Sequence record: SRR20825006_2196
DNA length: 46,073 nucleotides
Direction: 5' to 3' (one strand)
Positions 36,292-46,073 of this stretch are shown in pieces. Numbering within the stretch: position 1 is the first letter of the stretch; each line of letters starts with the position of its first letter. Under the pieces are notes generated by a model, which was given only the letters and a program-made list of their open reading frames with translations, was not told the DNA's origin and searched no databases. Made by a program: the position numbers and the translations under genes.

Positions 36292-37286
36292 AATTCCCTT
36301 CTTACCCGCTCCACCAGTTGCAGCGCAAGCTGTTCGGGGGAGCCGCTAAAACTGACACAGCCGGTTTCACGGACGGAATCCGGCTGGCTGCTGACCGCAC
36401 AGGTGTCTGCGCTTTGCGCCCACACCGGGCAACCGGTGGCCGCCAGTCGTGGCGCGGCGATGGCGCCGTCATTGCCCATGCCGGAGAACAGAATGGCGCC
36501 GCAGGCGCTGCCAAAGCCGTCCCCCACATGCTGGATAACCTGGTCGATGGAGGGCGCATAGGGGCCTTCCCAGGTGTCGCCGGTGGACTGGATACGGCCG
36601 TCATGGCGGAAACGCACGGCATACTCCACCGGCACAATGGCGAGTTCGCCGTGGCGCAGGGCTTCGCCGTCCACGCCGATTTTGCACTGGATAGGGTTAT
36701 CCCGGCCCAACACCCCGCACAGGGTATCCAGAAAACTGCCGTCAATGTGCTGGGCCAGCACAAACGCCACGGGCAAATTGGCGGGCAGGCAGTCGAGAAA
36801 CAGTTTTACCGCTGCCGGCCCACCCAGGCTGGCGCCCAGTACCCATACCTGGCGGGGGCGATCGCCGGGGCGGATGGCCTGGAATTCCCGTGGCTGGGGA
36901 ATGCGGATCCGGGGCGGTGGCGCGGGGATCACGTCCAGCCGCTCTTCCGCCGCTGGCTTGCCGATAAAACTCACCAGCTTGGTGACCAGGCGCCGCTCCC
37001 ATTTGGGGTAGCGGATATCGGTGCGTGCCGGGGCCTGGCCGTCACAAAACAGAATCGGTACCTCGGCGCGCTCCAGCAGGTCGTCGAGGAAGTGCTGCCA
37101 GCGATCTTCGCTGGACAGATCCACCACCCACAGGTCCAGCGCGTCTGCGGCCAGCCAGCGGTCTTCCAGGGCTTCCGGTTCGGTGCTGACCAGTACCTGA
37201 TAGCCCTGGCCCTTCACCGCACTGGCGAGCAAGTGGCCCTGCAATGTGCTGTCGGCGATGACCCCGACGCGGCCGGGCGCGGTCAT
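36246..37286 (-). CDS. chpB: CheB-like methylesterase ChpB
   Basis: GASLGGP, AQHID and SGMGNDG catalytic motifs; ATGA overlap with chpA. Confidence 0.9.
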   Translation of the reverse strand: MTAPGRVGVIADSTLQGHLLASAVKGQGYQVLVSTEPEALEDRWLAADALDLWVVDLSSEDRWQHFLDDLLERAEVPILFCDGQAPARTDIRYPKWERRLVTKLVSFIGKPAAEERLDVIPAPPPRIRIPQPREFQAIRPGDRPRQVWVLGASLGGPAAVKLFLDCLPANLPVAFVLAQHIDGSFLDTLCGVLGRDNPIQCKIGVDGEALRHGELAIVPVEYAVRFRHDGRIQSTGDTWEGPYAPSIDQVIQHVGDGFGSACGAILFSGMGNDGAIAAPRLAATGCPVWAQSADTCAVSSQPDSVRETGCVSFSGSPEQLALQLVERVRRELNTRHATSGTQHGEG

Positions 37287-40200
37287 CCGTTATCCGTTTC
37301 CTGCAGTTCGCCCAGCAGTTCGCGAATGGTGGACAGCAGTTCGTTCTCCTGGAACGGTTTGCCCATATAACAGTTCACGCCAATATCGAAGGCCCGCTCG
37401 CGATGTTTTTCACCGGTTCGGGAGGTGATCATGATAATTGGCACATCCTGCAGGCGGCTGTCGTGGCGCACGTGGGTGGCCACTTCAAAACCGTCCATGC
37501 GGGGCATTTCGATATCCAGCAGCATCACATCCGGGCGGATATCTTCCAGCTTGGCGATGGCGTCGATGCCGTCTTTGGCGGTGACCACTTCGTAGCCATT
37601 ACGCTCCAGCAGGCGGGTGGTGACCTTGCGCACGGTAACCGAGTCATCGGTGACCATGACCAGCGGCGTGTCACGCTGCGGCTGGAGCTCTTCTTCCGGC
37701 TCCTGGGGCAGTGTCGGTACGGTCTCGCCGGCTGCCAGGGCGGTGGTCTGCACGTGAGCGGCACGGATCAGGGAATGGATATCCAGAATGATCACCACGG
37801 AGCCATCCCCGAGGATGGTGGCGCCGCTGATGCCAGCCACGGTGGCCAGCTGCGGGCCAACCGCTTTCACTACCACTTCCCGGGAACCGACCAGGTCGTC
37901 CACTACGATGGCGACGGTGTGTTCGGTGCTGCGAATCAGCAGTACCGGCATGGGGGTGGTCTGGTTCTCCAGGTGCGGGACCCGGTTGCCGTGGACAAAG
38001 TGGCCCAGGTACTGCAGTTCGTAATCCTGGCCCACGTAGGTGTAGACGGGATTCTCTTCTTCGAAATAGTGCTGCAGTTCGAACGGGCTGATCCGCACGA
38101 TCCCTTCGATCTGGTTCAACGGAATCGCGTAGGAGTCTTCCGCCGCTTTCACCATCAGGGCGCGGTTCATGGCCAGGGTGAATGGTAGGCGGATGATGAA
38201 GCGGGTGCCCTGCCCTTTACGGGAGTCGATGGTGACCGAGCCGCCCATCTGTTTGATTTCACTGGCGACCACGTCCATGCCCACGCCGCGCCCGGAAATC
38301 TGCGTGACGGCGGCGGCCGTGGAGAAGCCGGCGTGGAAGATGAACTGCTGAATTTCCTGCTCGGAGAGCTGCGCATCGGCGGCGATCAGGCCTCGCTCGA
38401 TGGCTTTTTGGCGCACCGCATCGGTATCGATACCCTTGCCGTCATCGGACAGGGTAATCACTACCTCGCCCCCTTCACGGCCCAGTTCCAGGTTGATGCG
38501 ACCGGTGCTGTCCTTGCCGGCAGACTGACGGCCTTCACTGGTTTCGATACCGTGGTCTACGGCATTACGCAGCATATGCTCCAGTGGGGCGACCACACGC
38601 TCCATCAGGGAACGGTCCAGCTCCCCTTCCGGGTTGAGCACATCGAAGTCCACGCGCTTGTCCACTTCGCCGGAAATCTGCCGGACGATACGGCGCAGAC
38701 GCGGCACCAGGCGGCTGAAGGGCACCATGCGGGTGCGCATCAGTTTTTCCTGCAGCTCGGTGTTGATCCGTGCCTGCTGCAGCAGCAGGGTTTCGGTGTC
38801 CTTGTTGCGGTCCAGCAGGGTGTTCTTCAAATCCAGCAAGTCAGAGGCGGACTCGGACAGCTGCTTGGTGATCTGGTGCAATTCGGAGTACTGATCCATT
38901 TCCAGCGGATCGAAGTCCTCGTCGTATTCGCCGAGATCCACGCCCTTCTGGTAGTTGGACATGATCTGCGCTTCGGTTTCCGAATCCAGCCGGCGCAATT
39001 GTTCGTAAAGGCGCTGTACCGTGTTGCCCATCTCTTCCACGTTGAAGGCGAACTCGGTGATGCCCTGCTCGACCCGGCCACGGTTGATGGAGGTTTCCCC
39101 GGCCAGGTTTACCAGAGCCTCAAGCACATCCGCGCCGACCCGTACCATTTCTTGCGGTTGCGCCTGATTCTGGCGCTGACGGCGGTCGTCTTTCTGCGGT
39201 TGCTGTGGCGCGGGCTGTTTGTCGGTGGCTGCCGGCAAGGTGTTGGCCGGTGCAGCGGCATCCGGGGTCTCGGCGACCGGTGCGTTGGTTTGTGCGGCCG
39301 CAGCGACGGACTCCATGCCCCGATTGATCTGATCGTGCCAATCCAGCATGGGCTGGAAGTCGCTCTGGGCGGGCGTCTGGCGACGGCTTTCCAGGTCGAG
39401 CAAATAGGTTTCGAAATCGTGGCTGATGTCGCCCAGCTGTTTGAGGCCGGCCAGTCGTGCGCCCCCTTTCAGGGTGTGCAGCGCCCGTTTCAGATCGTCG
39501 ATAAAGTCGGTGCTTTCCGGATGATCTTTCCAGGAGGTCAGGCAGGCATCGATGATGTCCGACAGTTCTTCGGATTCTTCCAGGAAAATGTCCAGAATTT
39601 CCGGGTCGCTGTCTGACTGCCAGGTGTCATCGGCGGCGGTGTTGGCCGGCGTGGGTGCCTCGCTGGCTGCTGTTGCTGGCGGCGGGCTGGCCGGTTGTGA
39701 TACCGGGCTGGCCGCTATGGCGGGCAGGGTAAAGCCCGTCGGATCGGCGGCATAGCCGTGGATAGCGGTGATCAGCACCTCGCCACTGGGCAGTGGGCGG
39801 TCGGCTTTCAGGGCTTCCACCATCTCCGCCAATTGGTCGTGGCAGCGATGGAGCAGATCGAACAAGCTCGGTTCGATAGCCAGCTGGCTCTGGGCCAGCC
39901 CTTCGTAGAGCGTTTCCAGTTCGTGGCCCAGGTCACCCAGCTCCGGGACTTCGGCCATGCGTGCGCCACCCTTGAGGGTATGCAGGTCACGCTGCAGGGA
40001 TTGAAGTTCAAGCAGGTTGTCCTGCTGGCTGATCCACAGCTCCAGGCTGTTGCCGGCGGATTCGAGAATTTCCTCGGCTTCTTCCAGGAAGATTTCGACC
40101 AGCTCCGGGTCGCGCTCCGGTTGAGGGGGCGCATCAGCGGGCGCGGGCGCGTCCTCAACCGCAACGGGCGCGGTGGCGTCAGTGGCCGAGCTGTCGCTGG

Positions 40201-43200
40201 ATTCACTGTCCTCGACACTCTTGAGCGGCTGGGTGCTGTTGTCGTTCAGGCTTGCAGGGGTAGCGGGCGCCGGGGCTTCGCTACGGATGAAGGCCTGAAT
40301 GGCCGCCACCAGAGCGGGGGCATCAGCCGGAGCGGTGTTGGCCTGCAGGTTTTCGATCATCACCGCCAAGCTGTCATGGCACTGATGCAGGAGCTGGAAA
40401 AGGGCCGCATCGGATTCCAGCTGCCCGGCATTATAGCCTTCGTACAGATTTTCCAGTTCGTGGGCCAGGTCGCCGACCGGGGCAACGCCGGCCATGCGGG
40501 CGCCGCCCTTGAGCGTGTGCAGATCGCGTTGCAGGCTGCTGACGTTGCTGCTGTCGCCGGCTTCCCACTGGTCGAGAATGTGACTGGCGGACTCGAGGAT
40601 TTCTTCGGCCTCTTCCAGAAACAGTTCCACCAGCTCCGGGTCCAGGTGGGCTTCGTAGCGGCTGTTGTCCGGAAACTCCGCGGAGATCTCGCTAACCGGG
40701 GGCGTGTTGTTTTGCAGGGTGTCGCTGCTGTCGTCGTTATGGCCATCGACAGGCAGGCCGCCGTCCGGGCCGCCATCGGGTCCGCCGCCTTCGGCCAGCT
40801 CGCGCAGGGCATCCACCAGTCCCAGCTCCGGGCGGACGGTCTGGCCGGCGGCCAGGCAGTCCATCATGTTCATCAACGCGTCCTGGCCTTCGCCCGCGAG
40901 GGCGAACAAGCGTTCGCTGTAGGCCAGGCGATCGCCTTCCACCGCGCTGTAGCAGCCAGCCAGAGCCGCGGCCAGATCGTGAATCTCGTTGAGGCCGGCG
41001 GTGGTGGCGCTGTTGGACAGCAGTTCCAGTTCGTCGCGCAGTCGCACCAATTCGTCGGTGTGCTCGGGGTGCTGTGCCCACTGGCTGAGCAGCTGCTCAG
41101 CATCCACGATCAGGTCCATGCCTTCGGACAGGAATACGGACAAAATGTGCGGATCCGGGCCGGGGCTGTCGCTGCCCTGCAGTTGATCGCGTTGTTGATT
41201 CAGTGACTGGATCAGGGCATCGGCGCCGGGCAGATGGGCCGGCGGGGTCGGGTCAAGCTGATCCAGACTGCTGAGAATCAGATCGTGGCTCTGGGCCAGC
41301 AGGTCAACCTGTTGCTGGTTGGCGCGGCGGTTGCTGCTGATCAGGTCCCGGGCGAGCTTTTCGGCCGGCTCGGCCACTTCGGCCACGGCTTCGATTTCTG
41401 CCATGCGGGCGCTGCCCTTGAGGGTGTGCAGGGCGCGATGCACGCTGTCGTCTACCGGGTGTTCGGACAGGTCGGTGTCGTTGCCGGCCAGCCACTGGGC
41501 GATCAATGCCAGGTTGCGGCGGGCTTCGCTGGAAAAGATTTCCAGCAGGACGGTGTCCGGGCCTTCTTCGCTCATGTCCGGAATGTCGGACAGGCTCTCG
41601 GCAGCCGCAGCACTGCTGTGGGCAGGGGCCTGGGTGTCGTAGTCCGGTTCCTGCTCTGGCAGGTCCAGAGTGAGGCTTTCGTCGATCTCGGTAAGGTCGT
41701 TGTCCACCGGCAGGACGTGGATGTCATCGCTGCTGTCGTCAGTGTCCCAGGGGGTGAGGCTATCTTCACTGGCGGCATCAAAGGCGGCCAGATCCTCGGC
41801 GGACAGGGTATGGTCGGTGGACGTGGCGTCGGCGTTTTCAGCGGACGGCAGCTCGGTGAGTTCCAGTGTGCTGTCGGGCTCGCTGTGCACATCGGCTTCC
41901 AGGGCGTCCGGGCTGACATCAGCGGTCGTGCCTGTCGCGGTGTCGTCGATGGTGTCGGTGGCGCTGTCGGCGGCAACGATCACGGGTACCTGATCGATCT
42001 GGCCACCGGCGGCGAGGGTGTCGGCGGCATCGGCCAGCGGCTGCACGTCAAACGGGTCCGGCTGGCGCAGGGTAAAGGCATCCACCAGGGCGGGTACGCG
42101 ATTTCGAACTTCCTGGACCAGGGCGATCAATACGGCGGTGGGCACAATGGTGCGGTCGATAACCCGGTTCAGCATGTTTTCGACGGACCAGCCCAGTTCC
42201 CCTACGGTGCTGGCGCCGACCATGCGGCCGGATCCTTTCAGGGTGTGGAAGGCGCGGCGGAATTCCACCAGGGACTCTTCGTCGCTGGTGTTAGCGGCCC
42301 AGCGCGGGAAGTATTCGTCCAGGGCGTCCAGTACTTCGCCCACTTCTTCCTGGAAGATCTCGATGATTTCGTCATCGATCAGGTCGTCGTCATCGTCGTT
42401 ATGAGTGTCGGCGTCTGATGCTTGCGGTGCGTGCGTTTCGGGCTCTGCCGGGGCGGTGATTTCCAGGGTAGGATCGAGCAGTTCGTCATCGTCGCTGCTG
42501 TCGAAATCCGGGCCCTCGTCGTCGCTCTCCAGCGGCTGTAGTTCCAGCGTGGGGTCCTGGTCCTGTGCGGTGGTGCCGGTTTCGTCGTCGAGCTGCCCGT
42601 TGGCAGAGAATCCGGACCAGGCATCCACATCGTGTTCTTGGGATACGTGGGCGTCAGCGTCTAGTCCCGTTTGTTCCAGTTCAATGCGTTCTACGTCGAT
42701 GTCGTTATCGTCAAAGTCCTGTTCTTCTTCCAGCGGATAGCCCAGTGCATCCACACTGGCGCGGGCCAGCTGCAGGATATCGTCGGTGGTGGTCGGGTCG
42801 TCGCTGAGACGCTCCAGGTAGTATTCCACCGAGGTGATGGCGTCAGCGAGGGTATCCATGCTGCGCCAGTCGGGTTTGGGCTGATCCGCGTCCAGCAGCT
42901 TTTCTTCGATGAACTGCACGCACTGGCGCAGGATCAGGGCAGGTTTGCTTAGCTGGATCACATCCAGACCACCGCGGACAGCGTTCAGGCGTTCGGGCAC
43001 CACTTGCAGGGGGTCGGGATTCCACTGGGAGGCAATGAATTCCACGATGCCGTCTTTGGCTTCTTCCAGCCCGGCCCGGCATTCGCGCAGCACGGCGTCC
43101 ATGGCCTGGCCCACATGGCTGGGCATGTCGTCGCCGTGACCGGCATAGCCGGTGCTGCGGCGATCGCCGCTGATGCCGGCCAGGGTGGCTTCCACATAGA

Positions 43201-44410
43201 GCAGGGCGCCGGCGATATCCATCAGGTTTTCACGTTCGGCGGGGACCTTGCCGGCGACAATGTCTTCCATGGCGTGCAGTTGCTCTTCCACCAGGGCGCG
43301 GGGCTGACCCAGGCCGAGCACGGCCACGGTGTCGGCTACCTGCTTCAGGGTGAGCGTGAGCGGTTGCAGTTTGTTGGTATCGGTGTCGCCACTGTGCACG
43401 AAGCTTTCCAGGGCGTCTTTCACTGTGGTGAGCTCTTCGGAAAGCGCCTGCACCACGGAGTTCATGGCCTGGGCGTCCGGGCCGGTCATCCGCTGGCGTT
43501 CTTCATTGACCAGGTCATCGGAGGGCAGCGCTTCATCCAGCCGGAAACGGGCTTTTACATCGCGGATGCGGGGGCTGTCCACGTCGGCCTTGGCCACGTA
43601 GTAGAGCAGGTTCTTGATCAGTTCGGTGGGGGCTGGCCGGTTCAGGCTGGCCGCCCCTTCCACCGCCAGCTCACGCAGGTTGCGGTCCACGTGACCGAGC
43701 ATCAGCTTGACGGAGGTGCCGAGAATAATGGCGTCTTCGGAGAGGCCTTCCACCAGCGCGTTACTGATGGACCACAGCGGAGCACGTGGTGCGTCGCCGG
43801 TGACCTGTTCCAGTTTGGTGAAAACCTTGGCCATGTAGCCCAGGTTTTCGTCCATGTTGTCGTTGCGTAGTACGCCGAGCAAGGCGATCTGGAACATCTG
43901 GCGGATTTTTTTCGCCAGCAGGATAAAGCGTGGGTCGTTGAGCAGGTCGTCGGGAATCTGGCCTTGCCCGGTTGCTTCGCTGAGATCCGGTTTGAACAGG
44001 GAGGTTTCCGACAACAGGGATTCGCCGCGGGCGGCGCGCAGGTCATTGAGCAGTGGCAGCAATACCACCGGCAGATCTCGGCGGTTGCTGGCGACCCGGT
44101 CCAGGTATGGCGGCAGCTGCAGGATCGCCCGCATCAGGGTTTCCTGGCTGTCAGTCACATTGCCTACATTGCCGTCGAGCAGTGCCTGCGCCAGTTTTTC
44201 CATTTCTTCGGCGAGCAGTGCCGCACCGTAGAACTCCACCATCTGCAAGGTGCCGTACACCTGATGCAGGTGGGTCTGGCAGAAACGCATGCGAGTGGCG
44301 TCGTCCGGGTTGTCCACGAACGATTCCAGTGCCTGTTGCGCCTGGTTCAGGGTTTCCTGGATTTCCCCGCGAACCCAGTCCAGAGCCAGATAGTCGTGAC
44401 GGTCACTCAT
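37283..44410 (-). CDS. chpA: Chemosensory pili hybrid histidine kinase ChpA (multiple Hpt, HATPase, CheW, receiver)
   Basis: N-terminal ALDWVRGEI; five HTLKG Hpt motifs; HMLRNAVDHG, DDGKG and SGRGVGMDVV; C-terminal LLDIEMPRMDG receiver. Confidence 0.95.
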   Translation of the reverse strand: MSDRHDYLALDWVRGEIQETLNQAQQALESFVDNPDDATRMRFCQTHLHQVYGTLQMVEFYGAALLAEEMEKLAQALLDGNVGNVTDSQETLMRAILQLPPYLDRVASNRRDLPVVLLPLLNDLRAARGESLLSETSLFKPDLSEATGQGQIPDDLLNDPRFILLAKKIRQMFQIALLGVLRNDNMDENLGYMAKVFTKLEQVTGDAPRAPLWSISNALVEGLSEDAIILGTSVKLMLGHVDRNLRELAVEGAASLNRPAPTELIKNLLYYVAKADVDSPRIRDVKARFRLDEALPSDDLVNEERQRMTGPDAQAMNSVVQALSEELTTVKDALESFVHSGDTDTNKLQPLTLTLKQVADTVAVLGLGQPRALVEEQLHAMEDIVAGKVPAERENLMDIAGALLYVEATLAGISGDRRSTGYAGHGDDMPSHVGQAMDAVLRECRAGLEEAKDGIVEFIASQWNPDPLQVVPERLNAVRGGLDVIQLSKPALILRQCVQFIEEKLLDADQPKPDWRSMDTLADAITSVEYYLERLSDDPTTTDDILQLARASVDALGYPLEEEQDFDDNDIDVERIELEQTGLDADAHVSQEHDVDAWSGFSANGQLDDETGTTAQDQDPTLELQPLESDDEGPDFDSSDDDELLDPTLEITAPAEPETHAPQASDADTHNDDDDDLIDDEIIEIFQEEVGEVLDALDEYFPRWAANTSDEESLVEFRRAFHTLKGSGRMVGASTVGELGWSVENMLNRVIDRTIVPTAVLIALVQEVRNRVPALVDAFTLRQPDPFDVQPLADAADTLAAGGQIDQVPVIVAADSATDTIDDTATGTTADVSPDALEADVHSEPDSTLELTELPSAENADATSTDHTLSAEDLAAFDAASEDSLTPWDTDDSSDDIHVLPVDNDLTEIDESLTLDLPEQEPDYDTQAPAHSSAAAAESLSDIPDMSEEGPDTVLLEIFSSEARRNLALIAQWLAGNDTDLSEHPVDDSVHRALHTLKGSARMAEIEAVAEVAEPAEKLARDLISSNRRANQQQVDLLAQSHDLILSSLDQLDPTPPAHLPGADALIQSLNQQRDQLQGSDSPGPDPHILSVFLSEGMDLIVDAEQLLSQWAQHPEHTDELVRLRDELELLSNSATTAGLNEIHDLAAALAGCYSAVEGDRLAYSERLFALAGEGQDALMNMMDCLAAGQTVRPELGLVDALRELAEGGGPDGGPDGGLPVDGHNDDSSDTLQNNTPPVSEISAEFPDNSRYEAHLDPELVELFLEEAEEILESASHILDQWEAGDSSNVSSLQRDLHTLKGGARMAGVAPVGDLAHELENLYEGYNAGQLESDAALFQLLHQCHDSLAVMIENLQANTAPADAPALVAAIQAFIRSEAPAPATPASLNDNSTQPLKSVEDSESSDSSATDATAPVAVEDAPAPADAPPQPERDPELVEIFLEEAEEILESAGNSLELWISQQDNLLELQSLQRDLHTLKGGARMAEVPELGDLGHELETLYEGLAQSQLAIEPSLFDLLHRCHDQLAEMVEALKADRPLPSGEVLITAIHGYAADPTGFTLPAIAASPVSQPASPPPATAASEAPTPANTAADDTWQSDSDPEILDIFLEESEELSDIIDACLTSWKDHPESTDFIDDLKRALHTLKGGARLAGLKQLGDISHDFETYLLDLESRRQTPAQSDFQPMLDWHDQINRGMESVAAAAQTNAPVAETPDAAAPANTLPAATDKQPAPQQPQKDDRRQRQNQAQPQEMVRVGADVLEALVNLAGETSINRGRVEQGITEFAFNVEEMGNTVQRLYEQLRRLDSETEAQIMSNYQKGVDLGEYDEDFDPLEMDQYSELHQITKQLSESASDLLDLKNTLLDRNKDTETLLLQQARINTELQEKLMRTRMVPFSRLVPRLRRIVRQISGEVDKRVDFDVLNPEGELDRSLMERVVAPLEHMLRNAVDHGIETSEGRQSAGKDSTGRINLELGREGGEVVITLSDDGKGIDTDAVRQKAIERGLIAADAQLSEQEIQQFIFHAGFSTAAAVTQISGRGVGMDVVASEIKQMGGSVTIDSRKGQGTRFIIRLPFTLAMNRALMVKAAEDSYAIPLNQIEGIVRISPFELQHYFEEENPVYTYVGQDYELQYLGHFVHGNRVPHLENQTTPMPVLLIRSTEHTVAIVVDDLVGSREVVVKAVGPQLATVAGISGATILGDGSVVIILDIHSLIRAAHVQTTALAAGETVPTLPQEPEEELQPQRDTPLVMVTDDSVTVRKVTTRLLERNGYEVVTAKDGIDAIAKLEDIRPDVMLLDIEMPRMDGFEVATHVRHDSRLQDVPIIMITSRTGEKHRERAFDIGVNCYMGKPFQENELLSTIRELLGELQETDNG

Positions 44411-44460
44411 GACGTCTCCTGTCATACATCAACCCGCCTTCTTTGGTGGGCAGGTTTTTA

Positions 44461-44574
44461 TAATGCGCAACACGTAACATGCAGCAGGCCCCGAGCCGGT
44501 GGTTGCTGATGGGTGCTACCCCAAGCCTTTTCTTTTTCGCGTGCCGCATGTTGCGTGCCGCGTGTTGCGTTATG
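44461..44574. repeat. Heptamer-armed inverted element (CGTGTTG-type) between pilK and chpA
   Basis: taatgcg/caacacg/taacatg/cagcagg ... cgtgccg/catgttg/cgtgccg/cgtgttg/cgttatg. Confidence 0.75.
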
Positions 44575-44587
44575 TCTTTCTGCGTTT

Positions 44588-45466
44588 CTATCGACAGCGC
44601 CGGAATGCCAGCGTATCGGCAAAGTGAATCCGTTCCAGATCCGGATGTTGCCAATCAGTCACTTCCCCGGGCCCGAGTATCAGGATGCCTCCTGGTGCGA
44701 GCCGTTCCGCCAGCCGGTTCACGATCTGACGTTTACGCCAGCGGCGGAAGTAAATCAGCATGTTCTGACAAAAAATCAGATCCATGTTGTTCATTGGTGC
44801 CGTGCTGAGATCCAGCACGTTAAGCCGCGCGAAGCAGATGCGTTCGCGTAGTGCCCCGGTGATGGTCACGGTTTGCCCGTTCCCGGTGGGCTCGAAATAC
44901 TTGTCCCGCAACAGCGGGTCGACCTGCAATACCCGGCGTGCGGCATATTCGCCTTTGCGGGCCTTGGCCAGGGTGGGCAGGCTGATGTCGGTGGCCGTGA
45001 TGCCGTAGAACCGTTTCTGCTCGCTGGCGGAAAACTGCTCGTTGATCATCATGGCCAGGGAATAGGCTTCCTCACCGGTGGAGCAGCCCACGCTCCACAC
45101 ATCCAGGCTGGCGCTCGCCGGCTGTTCGGCCATGAAACGCTGAGTAAATTCTTCCACCAGCGCGTAGGAACCGGGATGCCGGAAGAAACTGGTTTCCTGG
45201 ACGGTCAGACGGTCCACCAGCACGGACCATTCCATGGCCCGTGACTGGGTGGAACCCACCATCAGGTGTTCGTAATAGGTGTCGTAGTCCTCGATGCCCA
45301 GCTCGCGCATGCGAATGTTCAAGCTGGTTTCGAGGAAGGTCTTGCGCTCGTTGGACAGCGACATGCCGGTGCGGTCTTCCAGCAGCGCCTGCCATAGCTG
45401 GAACTGCTCCGCATCCATGGCGGGCGTGCTTTTGATCGACCAGCGATCTGTCACTGCAGCACCCAT
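44588..45466 (-). CDS. pilK: CheR-like methyltransferase PilK
   Basis: TVQETSFFRH, WSVGCSTGEEAYSLAM, ATDIS and IFCQNMLIYF. Confidence 0.92.
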   Translation of the reverse strand: MGAAVTDRWSIKSTPAMDAEQFQLWQALLEDRTGMSLSNERKTFLETSLNIRMRELGIEDYDTYYEHLMVGSTQSRAMEWSVLVDRLTVQETSFFRHPGSYALVEEFTQRFMAEQPASASLDVWSVGCSTGEEAYSLAMMINEQFSASEQKRFYGITATDISLPTLAKARKGEYAARRVLQVDPLLRDKYFEPTGNGQTVTITGALRERICFARLNVLDLSTAPMNNMDLIFCQNMLIYFRRWRKRQIVNRLAERLAPGGILILGPGEVTDWQHPDLERIHFADTLAFRRCR

Positions 45467-45497
45467 GGCATGTCTCCCGAGACCGGCTCAGGCCGGA

Positions 45498-46073
45498 TCA
45501 GGAGTGCTCCGGCAGGCGGAAGCCGGCAACGGAGTTACGCATTTCCTGGGCCATCTCGGCCAGGTTACCAATGGACCGTGCTGTTGCGGTGGTACCGGCA
45601 GAGGTCTGTGAGGTAATTTCCTGGATCACGTTCATGGTGTTGGAAATGTGACCCGCGGAGGCCGCCTGCTGGCGTGCCGCGTTGGAAATGTTCTGGATCA
45701 GGTCCGCCAGGGTTTTCGATACGTTCTCAATTTCTTCCAGCGCCACACCCGCATCCTGTGCCAGGCGTGCCCCTTTCACTACCTCGGCAGTGGTGGCTTC
45801 CATGGAGATAACCGCTTCGTTGGTATCGGTCTGAATCGTTTTAACCAGGGTTTCAATCTGCTTGGTTGCCGCAGCAGAACGTTCCGCGAGGCGTTGTACC
45901 TCATCCGCAACCACCGCGAAGCCCCGGCCGGCTTCACCGGCCATGGATGCCTGAATGGCGGCGTTCAATGCGAGAATGTTGGTCTGGTCGGCGATGTCGT
46001 TAATCAACGATACGATGTCACCAATTTCCTGGGAGGATTCACCCAGACGCTTGATCCGTTTGGAGGTTTCCTG
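45498..46073 (-). CDS. pilJ: Methyl-accepting chemotaxis protein PilJ (3' part; runs off the window)
   Basis: [38 protein letters not shown] signalling domain; upstream of pilK-chpA. Confidence 0.9.
   Translation of the reverse strand, partial: QETSKRIKRLGESSQEIGDIVSLINDIADQTNILALNAAIQASMAGEAGRGFAVVADEVQRLAERSAAATKQIETLVKTIQTDTNEAVISMEATTAEVVKGARLAQDAGVALEEIENVSKTLADLIQNISNAARQQAASAGHISNTMNVIQEITSQTSAGTTATARSIGNLAEMAQEMRNSVAGFRLPEHS

Overview
GC-rich gammaproteobacterial chromosome segment. Gene content suggests an Alcanivorax-like organism, which is an inference. It carries about 43 CDS, and I saw no rRNA, tRNA, CRISPR array or intact transposase. From left to right: Fur-boxed iron-uptake genes (a PepSY-TM protein and a TonB-dependent siderophore receptor) flank HPP and KefB/C-type genes. 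Next comes a small-enzyme cluster ending in ggt-coaD. A ~6.7 kb accessory block follows, containing a four-gene operon (pseudo-receiver/wHTH protein, MglA/CvnD-like small GTPase, two roadblock-type proteins) preceded by a perfect GacA-type box and a GGA-rich leader, plus MerR/SDR, DUF4334, a secreted protein and a RIO kinase. After that are a laoABCR-like long-chain alcohol oxidation cluster, rsmE, small membrane genes, an HTH + lysine-rich tail protein, gloA, SPFH/NfeD, slyD and a BCCT transporter. The window ends in the Pil-Chp operon (pilJ partial, pilK, chpA, chpB, chpC), which is coupled to a NAPE-PLD-like hydrolase and an LpxL-family acyltransferase. Non-coding structure includes two GTAG-type REP families and two families of heptamer-armed inverted-repeat elements placed near stop codons. 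The best candidates for novelty are the GTPase/double-roadblock operon with its regulatory leader and the heptamer-armed elements. All product calls come from motif recognition only; no database searches were run.
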